Assembly: GCF_001194135.2 (NCBI RefSeq)
Contig: NC_068987.1
Span: 54,169,266-54,210,425 of the forward strand
Source: Octopus bimaculoides
Taxonomy: Eukaryota
DNA length: 41,160 bases
Direction of reading: 5' to 3'
Below the pieces are notes generated by a model that was given only the letters and a program-made list of their open reading frames with translations, was not told the DNA's origin and made no database searches. Each line of letters opens with the position of its first letter. The first letter of the stretch is position 1. Below, piece by piece: positions 22,581-34,400 of this stretch. The translations under genes were made by a program, and so were the position numbers.

Positions 22581-23299
22581 TTTAAGTCTGATCAATCAGA
22601 CCTCTGATTAAAGGCACTCTACCAGTGACCATCCTGTCTTTTTACGACGTGCAAGGAACCCAAAATCACCATTATCCAACGGTTGAGTATGAAATAAAAG
22701 AGATTTGGTTGCTATTTCTAAGAAAAGGAACGATACGTAGAGAGACTACTTTGATGGCAGTTTAAAAAAAAAACAGACGATACATTTTTCTCTTTGTATT
22801 TATTTATTTATTCAACAGTGATGTGACGAAGACATTACCATCTACGAGTGTCAGTTATATTAACGATCCTAAGTCATAAAAAATCATTTTACAAGTGTCA
22901 AGTGTACTTTTCTTGACTTCAGCCATAAAAACCAAATATGTCCGAATTACAGAGACAGCAACTTCCTGCGACTGTACGTATGTGCTTCTGATACGATGTA
23001 CTTATGTACAGAAGTAAATGATGCTAGGTATTTATAATAGATGTCAACGTGAATATGTGTGTGTGTGTGTATGTGTATGCCCATATTCTTCTCTCTCCTT
23101 CTCCTGCTCCCTTCCCACCTCTCTATCTCTCTCTCTCTCTCTCTCCCTCTTTCTTTGCATCTGTGCCCTTGGGAAATTCTACACAACGTCCTTATCTTGC
23201 ATGCTCTTTATCGTCGTAATCATGGGTCACGGTATTATCAGAGAAATCTGGCCGAGATCTACTGTGAAAAAAATGCTTATATCGGTTCCACACTCGCCA

Positions 23300-23562
<263 letters not shown>

Positions 23563-24066
23563 AAACAATCCAATACTTTAGAATTACTACTCAAAACCTA
23601 ATTTCACTTATCAGCCAAGTCGTTGCTGTAATATCGCAAAATTAACTTCCAATATTATATCTATTCATTACTGCTACATAATAATTTTACCCTTTAACCC
23701 AACTTGTAGACATTTTTAGTTATCTGATGTCTATAATAATTTGCTTAATTTCGTCTTCATTTTTTTAATGCCCCTTCAAACACCGAGATCACATAAGTAA
23801 GCCACAAATTATAAATTTACGAATTAAGCCCATTTTAACAACTGATAAATAAGGCAATATATAGTTTCACTTCTGTCAATTTATATAACAACCGATCATT
23901 TATCTTAAATCTTCGTTTCAAAAAAAAATAACTGCTTAAATTATTATCAGCCATCGTTTAATCTTTCTTACATTTATTCTTCGTCTAACTTCACCTCACT
24001 CAAACAGTAAACACATAATACTTTCCTCGCTTTTCTCCTTCTTATTTTATCCGTCGAGACTTCTGC

Positions 24067-24117
<51 letters not shown>

Positions 24118-24239
24118 NNNNNNNNNNCTCTCTCCCTCTATCTCTCTCTCCCTCTACCTCTCTACCTCTCTCCCTCTTTGTCTCTCTCCTCTCTCCTTCT
24201 GTTTGTGTGTGTGTGTGTGTGTGTGTGTTTGTGTGTGTC

Positions 24240-24470
24240 TACGAGAGTTGGCTGAAAAGTTGATACACTGACCCAAAATTCTCTGATGGAATGTGACCAA
24301 ATGAGTCTTATTTTTCAACATACCCACTCTCCTAGCGGTCCACACACTTCTTCCATCAATGTTGCAATACTTGGATCCCATTGGTGAAGAAGTTTTCATT
24401 CTGTTGGTCAAAAATATCATAACCAGCAAATATGACGTCATCATCACTGCGATACTGGTTCACGGACAAA
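24240..24470 (-). mobile_element. Mariner 3' end with TIR
   Basis: TA-CGAGAGTTGGCTGAAAAGTT terminus. The minus strand reads HWWKKCVDR..GYVEK*, a typical mariner transposase end. Confidence 0.78.
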
Positions 24471-24554
24471 TGGAGAGATACATTCAAGTACCTAGTATCA
24501 TGCCAAGATGAAAATTTTGTATAAATTTGCATGCTGGTTAGTCATAATGCTTAA

Positions 24555-24742
24555 TAATGTTTTCAAATTTTGGCACAGGATCAGCCATTTTGGGGAAGGG
24601 GATAAGTCGATTACATCGACCCCTAGTGTTTTATGGGTACTTAATTTATCAACCCAGAAAGGATGAAAGGCAAAGTCGACCTCGGCGGAATTTGAACTCA
24701 GAACGTAACGACGGGCGAAATACTGCTAAGCATTTCGTCCAG
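24555..24742 (-). mobile_element. SINE family B
   Basis: TAAGTCGATTACATCGACCCC...AAAGGATGAAAGGCAAAGTCGACCTCGGCGGAATTTGAACTCAGA is shared with 15833-15930. Confidence 0.85.
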
Positions 24743-26809
24743 AACCTTCATATTGCTTAATAATAATTATACCTTAACATGATATAAACCACTCCTTAAG
24801 AAATTTGTATTATGCGTAATATGTAATGCAAGATTAATTCTCCTACTTCCATCAAGTATTTTGCCTCTCATACTGATATGGGAAGAAAAATTTACATCTT
24901 TATTTAGACATAGAAAGTTTTCAGATGATATCAATTTTCCATCGTGCAATAAATATTTCAATTCTTCAGTCAGAAAAAAGAGTTTGTGGTTAAAAATTAA
25001 TGCTCTTTAGAGTAAAAGATATGTAATTAAAGAGTAATAATCTAAGTTATCAAACTTGTTTACTTTTATTAAAGTATAGATGCGTTGCCAAGTGATAATT
25101 ATGGCGTTTGGGGCTCACAATTTCTATGAACTAAACAGCAGATGGATTCTCAGAAAGAGTGTCGCGATGCATCCTTGAACTACGAACTCCATTTCACGTT
25201 GCTCCATCTGCTCAAACGAAAATGAGTACCAGCCAAGTACTGGTACAACACTTTTTTCTCTTCAGTAGTCACATTCTCAGTGTTCAGCTGCGTCAATGAT
25301 GTTTAGATAACCAGAGATGATTAACGAAAGTATGATACCAAGTCATACTCATATTTAAGTGATGGTTATGGTTTGCTTTATCAAATCTGCGTGTGATCCT
25401 TAAACGGTATATATGGTTTCCGTAGTGTTAAAACCGTAATTCAGTTATATTTTAGCTTCTAAGTTAAACCAAATTTCATTATTTGTTTTATAATATTTCT
25501 TTAGTTTTATCTAACTATAGGATAATATCGTTACAGACTTTTAATGTTTTTGGATATGTTTAAAAAATCGTCGAAATATGTGTAATTATTTATCAACTAT
25601 ATATTTTAACTATATGTTTCTAATTAGTAGTTTGGATGGCGCAATTTCGAATGGTTCTGTTGCATTCTAGGATATATGTTATCTAAATATTTTATACAGA
25701 AAATTTACTTGAATTGTCTCTATATATATATTTCAAGCTGGATTTTAACAACGAAAAAAACTCCACAACAGGTAGCTAGATACTAAAGTGTTACACTTTT
25801 TTATTCTTCGTTGAACTTTAAAACAAATATTGCGTATCTTTATTGCTGTTTATTGATTGTGCTTGTAAAGTGTATATAGTCTGGTTAATTTCTTATCCTG
25901 AAAATTCCATCTTTAAGAGACTTTTATTTAAACATTTACTAACATAAACAAGTGCGCCAATAATTGTAGTCACAAAAAGGCATTTATAATCATTTATAAT
26001 CTAAGCATAGAAGCTGTAAGTTTCGGTACAGTTATCTGTAACTATTCTCTCTCACTCACTCGAACTCTCCATACCCCTCTGTCTCCTTCTCTCTCTTCTT
26101 TCTGAGTCCAGGGGAAGAGGCATTGTCCATGACCTTTGGAGGTCTTCCAAGAACCGACGAGCTTGTTGCTGTTAATACTTCAATTAAACTGTTTGTATTT
26201 AAATACCTGCAGGAAATGCATGAGCAGAGTGGGGATTCCAAAGGGCCGATGCTCTGGAGAAGAAAGAACTGGGCAAAGTGGATTAATATGAGGCCAATGG
26301 AGTCGGATGTAACAAGAATAATGGAGAGATAAATATATATANNNNNNNNNNNNNNNNNNNNNNNNNNNNNNNNNNNNNNNNNNNNNNNNNNNNNNNNNNN
26401 NNNNNNNNNNNNNNNNNNNNNNNNNNNNNNNNNNNNNNNNNNNNNNNNNNNNNNNNNNNNNNNNNNNNNNNNNNNNNNNNNNNNNNNNNNNNNNNNNNNN
26501 NNNNNNNNNNNNNNNNNNNNNNNNNNNNNNNNNNNNNNNNNNNNNNNNNNNNNNNNNNNNNNNNNNNNNNNNNNNNNNNNNNNNNNNNNNNNNNNNNNNN
26601 NNNNNNNNNNNNNNNNNNNNNNNNNNNNNNNNNNNNNNNNNNNNNNNNNNNNNNNNNNNNNNNNNNNNNNNNNNNNNNNNNNNNNNNNNNNNNNNNNNNN
26701 NNNNNNNNNNNNNNNNNNNNNNNNNNNNNNNNNNNNNNNNNNNNNNTTTTAGGCTGCTGATATTGACTTTATCAAAGCTTAATATTTCAAGTCAGCCATT
26801 TCGATGTTA

Positions 26810-26940
26810 GAATCATCCTCTTCATTATCATCATCGTCATCATTATCGTCGTCGTCACTGTATCGTCATCATTATCATCATCATTATCATCATCATCATC
26901 ATCATCATTATCACCGTCGTCATCAGTGACGTTGTCATCG
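26810..26940. repeat. Degenerate (CAT)n
   Basis: Direct observation. Confidence 0.9.
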
Positions 26941-26988
26941 CTGTCCTTGTAGATTACAGGATAATTTGCCGTTATCCCCACGACTCAC

Positions 26989-27196
26989 CGTTTGGCAAGT
27001 TATTTTTTGCAATGCTTTCCCACCGCCCGTCGCCTTTGTAGTAATAAATGAAATCATTGATATTGTAGTTGATGTTGTTCATGACATTTTATTACATCCC
27101 CAGCTATCTTGTAACTTCAGATGCTATCAATTTGGTAGTGCGAAGAAGAGCTTGTTCCTGGTAGACCTTCAACTCTGTTCGTACTGCTATCGTCTC
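26989..27196 (-). other. Possible exon (5' UTR plus ATG at 27082; MNNINYNINDFIYYYKGDGRWESIAKNNLPN)
   Basis: Acceptor-like TTGCAG at 27197-27202 and a consensus donor G|GTGAGT at 26989/26988. No homology recognised. Confidence 0.22.
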
Positions 27197-27242
27197 CTGC
27201 AATTTCAGATAAGAAGAGTCTTGTCATTAGTATTCAGGCTTT

Positions 27243-27244
<2 letters not shown>

Positions 27245-27312
<68 letters not shown>
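27245..27312. repeat. (TAA)n microsatellite
   Basis: Direct observation. Confidence 0.98.
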
Positions 27313-27314
<2 letters not shown>

Positions 27315-27530
27315 CTACGTAAAATACTGTCTATGTGATCTCAAATGTTAAAACAAACATAATTTTCTTATGGTTTCTTAAACATTCTCTAGAACAACAC
27401 TATGTACAAATCCAAATATATGGTACCCTAGGCATAACACTTACATGAACTTCTAACTTGTTGTCTCTTGAGGTCTCTGGGTGAGACTTGGATCCAACTT
27501 GTACAAATGTAAAGCAAAATTCAAACATAA
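27313..27530 (+). mobile_element. Probable extreme 3' end of an R4/Dong-like non-LTR element between (TAA)n tracts
   Basis: Begins CTACGTAAAATACTGTCTATGTGA (LRKILSM*), resembling the HILRKVL* terminus of R4-clade ORFs. ~190 nt of UTR follow, then (AAT)n. Only 7 codons support the call. Confidence 0.45.
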
Positions 27531-27571
27531 AATAATAATAACAATAATAATAAAAATAATGATAATGATGA

Positions 27572-28378
27572 TTTTTTTTTATTTGCCACCAGAGCGAAGG
27601 ATGAAGGGACAATACAAAGACAGACATAAAGTGTGGAGGTCTACATATAATGGAATGATAAAATAAAAAGTATACACGGTATACATAAGAAGAAGGGAAA
27701 TATACATAGTATATGACACTAGAAAAGGAGGGGAAAAGGGTCGTGATGGGATCCCCTTGATTCAGGAAGACCTCTCGGGATAATCAAGGAACCCCACCCT
27801 CCAAGGTCACCCTGAGTACCAAGGATGAGAGCCCATTCCAACTTCTTTCTTCCGACTCACAGGTCTATACTGAGAGTGGTACTATCCACACTTGCCATTT
27901 TCACAACTTTCAAGTACCTTTTCATAAATTCACTCGAGAACAGCACCTCCCTCTCAACCCTAACTTTTCTTTTCAAGTGAAACTTGAAAAAAATCGATGA
28001 AGGCTTTACCAAAGAGGAAAGTTTCTGTCCTCATTCCTTTCAGCCTCGTCCACCAGATAACCTCTTTCGCCACAGCCACCAGACAAAGGAAAACTACCTT
28101 GCCAGCCCGATTTAAGGAGGGCGGCAGGGCAATCATCATTATGAACTCGGACAACAGACGAATCTGTCCTACACGCAACAATAGTTGTTCGACATAACTC
28201 CACAAGTCAACAATGCCTGGACACTGAACGAGTGCATGTTGAACGGTTTCGTCGCTCTGCAAGCACTTCGGACAAGCTCGTCTGACAGCACATCCGTGTC
28301 TGTAGAGTTTATCTCGAACCGGTAGCGCCTCCACCCCGGTAGCACTGCCAGGCCAAAGACATCTGGAAATTATCCATA
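27572..28378 (-). mobile_element. Tx1-like LINE copy A, 5'-truncated
   Basis: LPVRDKLYRHG...CPKCLQSDETVQHALVQCP (C-terminal CCHC)...AKEVIWWTRLKG; 3' UTR; AATAAA plus an A/ATC/ATT tail at 27533-27583. Confidence 0.9.
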
Positions 28379-28639
28379 AAATAGTAATAATAATAATAAT
28401 ACTTTCCTTATTGGTCATAACCACCGAACACAAAACATAATGGACAATGCACAGACAAGGGACAGTTAGGTTATACATTTAAACAGCAAAACACAATTAG
28501 CAAAGAAAATTACAAAACAATATATAATTCCCCAATACGTGGGAGATCTACCGAGAGGTGACCAAAGAAACCTCACTCACTTTGGGCCCCTGACACCAAG
28601 GCACCTCAGGTAGACAACCCTCTCCTCTTCACTCCATGC

Positions 28640-31177
28640 GGCCTGAAGGCGCACACCTAGAGTAGGCTCATTCACACGGGCCATCCATGCTACATTCACC
28701 CACCTTTTGACAGCACCTCCCTCTCCAGTCTCACCTTCCTTTTCAGGTTGAACCTGAAAAAGTCAATGAGGCATCGGCCAAAGACGAAGGTACCCGTCTT
28801 CAACCTTTTCAATAGCGTCCACCTCTTTCGTTATAGCCACCACACAGAGAAAAACTGCCTTTCCTTCCCGGCCAAAGGAAGGAGGTGGGGCAATCTTCAC
28901 GATGGACTCGGACGAAAGCTGGATCCGTCCTACATGCAACAATAACTCTTCAACAAAGCTCCACTAATCAGCAATGAGCGGACTCTGTACTAGTATATGC
29001 AGAATGGTTTCCTCGCTCCCCGTACACCTTGGACAAGACCGTCTGACTGCATATTACGAACCGGCAGCGCGCCCCGGTAGCACTACCAGGCCAGAGACCT
29101 CTGGAAATTATCCATAGGCCCCGGCCAGAAAGTCTTCCAGAAGAGATCAGCCAGTTGATCCCTTTCAACGCCCAGAGTCTCTCCGAGATCGTCGTCACTC
29201 TTGCCCTCCACTAATCCCCAATAGAACTCCAAGGTGGAACTTCCACCGACCACATTGCTCGACTGGCCGAGGACTGTGAGTACTTGGAGACACTCTAGGT
29301 ACCAAGCGCCCTGTCTCGGTCTATGCCTGATCCAGGACTTTAGCTCCGTCAAGGAGACGAGCTGCGGAAAAGCGTGTCTAACAAACGGCGAACAGACCTG
29401 CTCGCCGTTAAGGTGTCGCTGGAAATATTGCAGCCTCAGCACATATCTGCGCATCATGAACCATGGCATGTCCAGTCCTCAACGCAACGGGTGCTGACAA
29501 GCGGTACCGTCTGATAAGCGGTACCCTTCCCTTTCACAAGAAGCAGAGGAGCAAGCGCACCAGCCAGTATAGGCACGAAGTGGGGCAAGGATGACAGTCA
29601 GGCTGTAGTATATGACTGATGCGATGTACGTATTCGTCACCTCCACCTAACCTTTCAGAGACAGCTTTCTCTCGGCCCATTTCTGGGTGAGACTGGCCAC
29701 CCTGTTTGTCACCTCACCCCAGTTCTTGTCCACTTGGAGGTCCGGGCCAAACCAGACCACGAACAACTTAACCAGTCCCTCCATCCAGCGCCCCACAACG
29801 CTGTCGGTCGGCATGGATCTGCCTCTCCAGGTGCCGGGCTGCAAGCCCACTGATTTCTCCTGGTTAATCATTGCTCCCGTCACCACTTTGTATTCCCTTA
29901 CGGTAGTGCCGAGCATCTCTATTTCAGAAACATCTGACACTATCATGTTGACATCGTCCGCGTACGCTGTCACACCTCTTCCACATCCTAGCTCACGCGG
30001 AATGCTCCTAGAAACATCCAGCTTCCGCAGTAATGGCGCGAGTGCCAGTGTGTAGAGAAGGGGTGAGAGTGGCATCCTTGACGGACCGAACGGGTGATGC
30101 TAAATGATTCCGACAAGTGACCATTTACTTTGACCACCGAACAGATGTCGCTGTACATGGCAGTGATCCAGCCTCTGAAACAGGACCGAAGCCAGCCGCC
30201 AGAAGGACAGCCTCCAAGTACCGATAGTCGACCCTATCGAAGGCTTTCTACTGATCCAAATTGATCAGGGCCCCACCCATGCCAGGTTCTTTACAAACTC
30301 TCTCTATGATGTACCGCGTGAAGTGGAGGTTGTTGTGGATAGATCTGTTGAGGATAGCACAAGTCTGCGCATCACCCACCTGGCCACGACAAGCGTCAAC
30401 CTCTTTGCTAATACCTTGGCCAAAATTTTGTAATCTGCATTTAGCAGAGTTACAGGCCTAAAGTTATCAAAATGTCCCCCTTGTTCGGATCCTTTCTCAG
30501 TAGCGTCACAACACATCGGCTCACAGATCTGAGGATTCTCCCGTTCTGCTGCTAATTGCGATAGACATCTACCAAAATCTCACCGAACAAGTCTGGCATA
30601 TGAATATAAAGTTCGAAGGGCAGACCACCCAATCCCGTGCAACTGTCCAGTGCGTCACGTATATCTTTCGCTGTTATCGGCATTTCGCAGAACTCCACGT
30701 CCCTGGCCGAAAGCCGCAGTAATCCATCGAGGTAGGAGGTGAAGTTCACCTCCGCCTCCGAACCATCATGTGCCTCAAGAGACCCCCAAGAAAGACCTCC
30801 AAACGTCTAAAGAAATCCGGCTGTCCCGTTCCGGTCGGTGCGTGCACAGCGAACAGTCTAAAAGCACAACCTTCGTAATCATTTACGTCCAGGACCACCA
30901 TCCTACCTTCCTAATCCAGGAAGACCGACTGTATCTCGAGATCCAGACCTTTTCTGAACAACACCGCGACTCCACCTCCCATTCTCGGTCGACCAAGAGA
31001 TGCAAAGAAATCATAATCATCGAAAATAGGCTCTAAGGTGCGCATGTCCGAGATCCTGGTCTCGCTGACAGCTATTACGTCTAATTTTCGCAGCCTGAGG
31101 TCATTGAGCAGGCGACCTTGCTTCCATGACGGTCCCAGGCCGCGTACATTCATACTGCTCACTCTAAGCAATGCCAT
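28640..31177 (-). pseudogene. Tx1 ORF2 remnant: APE endonuclease, reverse transcriptase, C-terminal zinc finger
   Basis: SMNVRGL...DVIAVSETR (APE), FRPVTLLNADYKILAKVLAKRL, SVRQG/PLSPLLY, AYADD. Many frameshifts, and at ~2.5 kb it is shorter than a complete ORF2. Confidence 0.93.
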
Positions 31178-31219
31178 GTTGGACGATGGGAATGTGTGAA
31201 AATAGGAGAGAGCTACTTA

Positions 31220-33156
31220 CTAAGGCTTTGTAGGTGAATGTGAGTGCCTACTCCGTCCCTCTCGTTGAATGTGGGTTTTTTTCCCCATCAGTTCCTTGTA
31301 AAGTCTAATATTGAGGTCCTTTTGAAAATTCCCTACAAACTGGGGATATCTAGATTTCAAAATTTTGTAGTTGCTTTGAGTAGCTTTGAATATTTTTATG
31401 TGTACCGGTATATTTGTGGTTCGTGTGACATAATTGGATTCATAAATATCCATGTGCTTGTGGACGAGTTCAATTCATTCGTTAGTTTTTGTGTTTATAA
31501 CTGTGAAATTTATAATGTCTGGTTTATGATCATTTGGTGGAATGAAGTCCATCTGTTGTGTATGTAGGTTATATTGTGTTTGTGATGATTGTGGAGGTTG
31601 TGGTGGTAGTGGCGGGGATGATGTTATTGTTTCCTCTATGTGTGTAGGTGAGTTTATGCATGGGGTGTTGTTGTTTCTATTCGTCCCCTCCTCCATTTTT
31701 TCGTACCTGCCTCTTTTTTTCTGCTTATCGTTTGTGCTCTTCCGTCTTTTCCCTCCTTTTCGTGTGACTGTTTGCCATGTCTGTCCATCCTTATTTCCGT
31801 CGTTTTCGTTGTCCGAATAAGGGAGAGGTATTTCTTCCGCAGGTATTTGTTTTACTGTTGGCATTGTTAATGGTGTTGTTATTTTTGGTGGGGAGTTCCC
31901 TGTAGGTGCGTTACTGTTGCTGTTTGTGATGTGGTTGTTGCTGTTGCTAGTGTGCATTCTGCTTGACGTTGTGCAGTTGTTTCCACTCCAGTCGTTGCTG
32001 TAGTGCAGTTGCCGACGCTTTAGTGGTTTTTGTGGATGCTGTTGTGTCCAATTGTCTCTGTTGGTATTGTTGTTACTGTTTCTGCTGCTGCTGCTGCTGC
32101 TGCTGTCCTTGTTGTGGTGTTTGTAGTTGTTGTTGTGGTTGTAGATGTGTTAATGGTTACTGCGGCTCATTTTTCCCCCTTTCCTTCTATCCTTTGGGTA
32201 ATTGACTTTGATGTGACTTGAATCGTGACAGGAGTAACATCGCGACTTTTTTCCTTCCGCAATCAACTGCTGGCCTCCAGAGATGCTGGCCTCCAGAGAT
32301 TTCTATTAGGTCGGGAATTGTCTTTACAGTTCTGGTTTTACTTGCAGCAGAATTTCCAATCCTATACCAGCCCAGTTTTTTGGATTTTTGGATTTCTATG
32401 TGGCTTCTAGGATCTTCCAGCACAGCACCACGGCTTTCACTTCCCACTAGAAATCGACTTCTAGTAGTATGTTACTTATTTTATTCAGATCACTCTCTGT
32501 CCCACATAGATGGGATTTAAAGTGAACTCCTCCGTTTTTAATGGGACAGTTGAGTGTTTTTGTGCTTGTGATTCCGACTTGATGTAGCCAAACTTTGGAG
32601 CGTGGCAGATAAAGCTGGCGTACCCCCATATATTTTTCAGGCAGAGCTCGGCTTTGTCTGATGGTATTTTTTCCAGTCTTCTTTTCATGGACAGACACTG
32701 TACATGATTGATTTTTTTTTCGGTTGCCTCTAGCAGGTTTTGAGGCACATTTATCGTGGCCTTTCTTTCTTCACATTTTATAATCCTCTCAGCTTCCTTT
32801 AAATGTTCTTCCTTATCCTTTAACAACATAATTTCAAACTTATTTGTAACTTTTACGAAGGAAACGTTATTTTTATTTGACCCTTCCCTTTCGTTGTTCG
32901 AAATTTTACTGATTTGTGTGGTAGTCGTAGTGGCGGTGGTGGTAGTAATGGTGATATTTCCCTAGCACAATTAGCTGCTGTTAGTTATATTTCGTGCTTC
33001 CTTGATCGAATTCTCATTACTCCTGACATTTCCACTGTGGTTGTTGTTGTTGGTGTCATTACTGTTGCCACTCCTCCTGCAGCTACTACTATCATTTACA
33101 TCTATAGTGAGTGGGGGCGAGTGACGGCGAAAGACAATTTCTACATCTCCTCCCAA
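31220..33156 (-). pseudogene. Tx1 ORF1 remnant with CCHC zinc knuckle and low-complexity linkers
   Basis: Track ORFs 32971-33156 and 32485-32829 share a frame, as do 31475-31957 and 31220-31453. CYSCHDSSHIKVNY (C-x2-C-x4-H-x4-[C>Y]) lies at 32198-32239 once a 16-bp duplication is removed. Confidence 0.75.
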
Positions 33157-33379
33157 GTTCTACATCTCCTCCCACTTCCCTCTCTTGTTGACTTACTGAT
33201 AAAGACGACGACGCTATATCAAATTTTGTAAATTTTGAAAGGAATATTAATTTTCTTTCCAAGTGATTTTTTTGCCCCACAGGGCAAAACAAAAAATAAC
33301 ACTGTTAATCAGACCAATATGGTCTAGAATAATTTAGTCATAAGTTATAACAGTAAAATGTAACAATAACAATATTTCT

Positions 33380-34108
33380 AGAGGTAAACAAGGCACACAC
33401 TTATGCTTCAGAGACTGCAGCACAACGTGCAGATCGACTTACAAGAGATGCTTCCTCGACTGCTGCTGCATGGACGGCAGAGACCGCAGTACAACGCGCA
33501 GATCGACTTACAAGAGATGCTGTTGCGCGCGCTACGGAGACTACAGCGGAAAGACAACAATGAATGTTGCTCTATACGGCAAACAGGAAAACATCAGGTA
33601 ACTATATCCTTGTCCCCTTATTTATTTCATTAGCGTAATCTTCACAGTATGCTCTCGGTTAAGTGACCCCAATTGTGAGGTAGGCAACAGATACTACACT
33701 TTTCATCTTTTTTGCACAGGCCACACGTCAATTTTTTTGTTCAGATAATGTTGTATGTGCAGCCCAGCAAAACAGTAAGTAAACATACTATTTCTCTTTA
33801 TGTCGTATCTTTAGACTCAACCTTTCCATCTGCTAAACAGCACATGTCAGCAGTTATGTGGTAAGGAAAATAAACTCAATTACTGCCGGTTTTTTACAGA
33901 TCGACCTACTGTCCAAATGGAAAACAATGACAATAGTGTGGGCGTATGAGTCTAGATGTTCACTATTGCGCTAAATAAATCAAACAACGCAGGGAACATC
34001 TGCCATTGATTTCTTTCATTCAGTTGAGAGGTGCATCTGTGAATGGTCTAATAACCAAACAGGCATACTTAACAAACAGCCCCGGACAACGCCGGGTACG
34101 TCTGCTAG
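33380..34108 (+). mobile_element. Non-autonomous Helitron with STPR-like 23-aa repeats
   Basis: 3' hairpin CCCGG-ACAACG-CCGGG at 34081-34096, then CTAG|T at 34105-34109. A 69-bp-period repeat encodes ETAAQRADRLTRD at 33411 and 33480. The 5' end is not located. Confidence 0.78.
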
Positions 34109-34169
34109 TATATTTAAATATACATATATACATATATTCATGCATACACACACAAGTACATTCATACTT

Positions 34170-34400
34170 ACAAACATTCATGCATGCATGCATACATACG
34201 TACATACATACATACATACATACATACATGCATGCATGCAGGCATGCATACATACATACATACATACAAAGACACGTGCATAGATACTTGCATAGACACA
34301 TGTTTACACAGAATCATACGAACATATATACAAACAAGTAAAGATATACATATACGTACAAACATAAGTACATACATGCAAACTTACGTATAGAGATGCA
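34170..34400. repeat. Degenerate (TACA)/(TGCA) repeat
   Basis: Direct observation. Confidence 0.88.

Larger units (their letters stand above)
28401..33215 (-). mobile_element. Tx1/L1-clade LINE copy B, near full length, internally deleted
   Basis: ORF1 and ORF2 remnants in order, a 42-nt inter-ORF spacer, and a 3' end CCAATAAGGAAAG followed by (TAT)n. The 5' boundary is approximate. Confidence 0.92.

Noticed and set aside
25130-25250. Possible decayed SINE-B core (AAAATGAGTACCAGCCAAGTACTGG); similar traces at 1510-1589, 10330-10430 and 34680-34740
   Set aside because: The matches are too short to delimit as features.
29687-30055. Plus-strand ORFs over the Tx1 region, for example 122 aa here and Cys/Val-rich ORFs at 31542-32520
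   Set aside because: They are antisense frames of the LINE.
33411-33560. Spaced direct repeats superficially like a CRISPR array
   Set aside because: Only two to three in-frame coding repeats with related spacers in eukaryotic DNA, and no cas genes.
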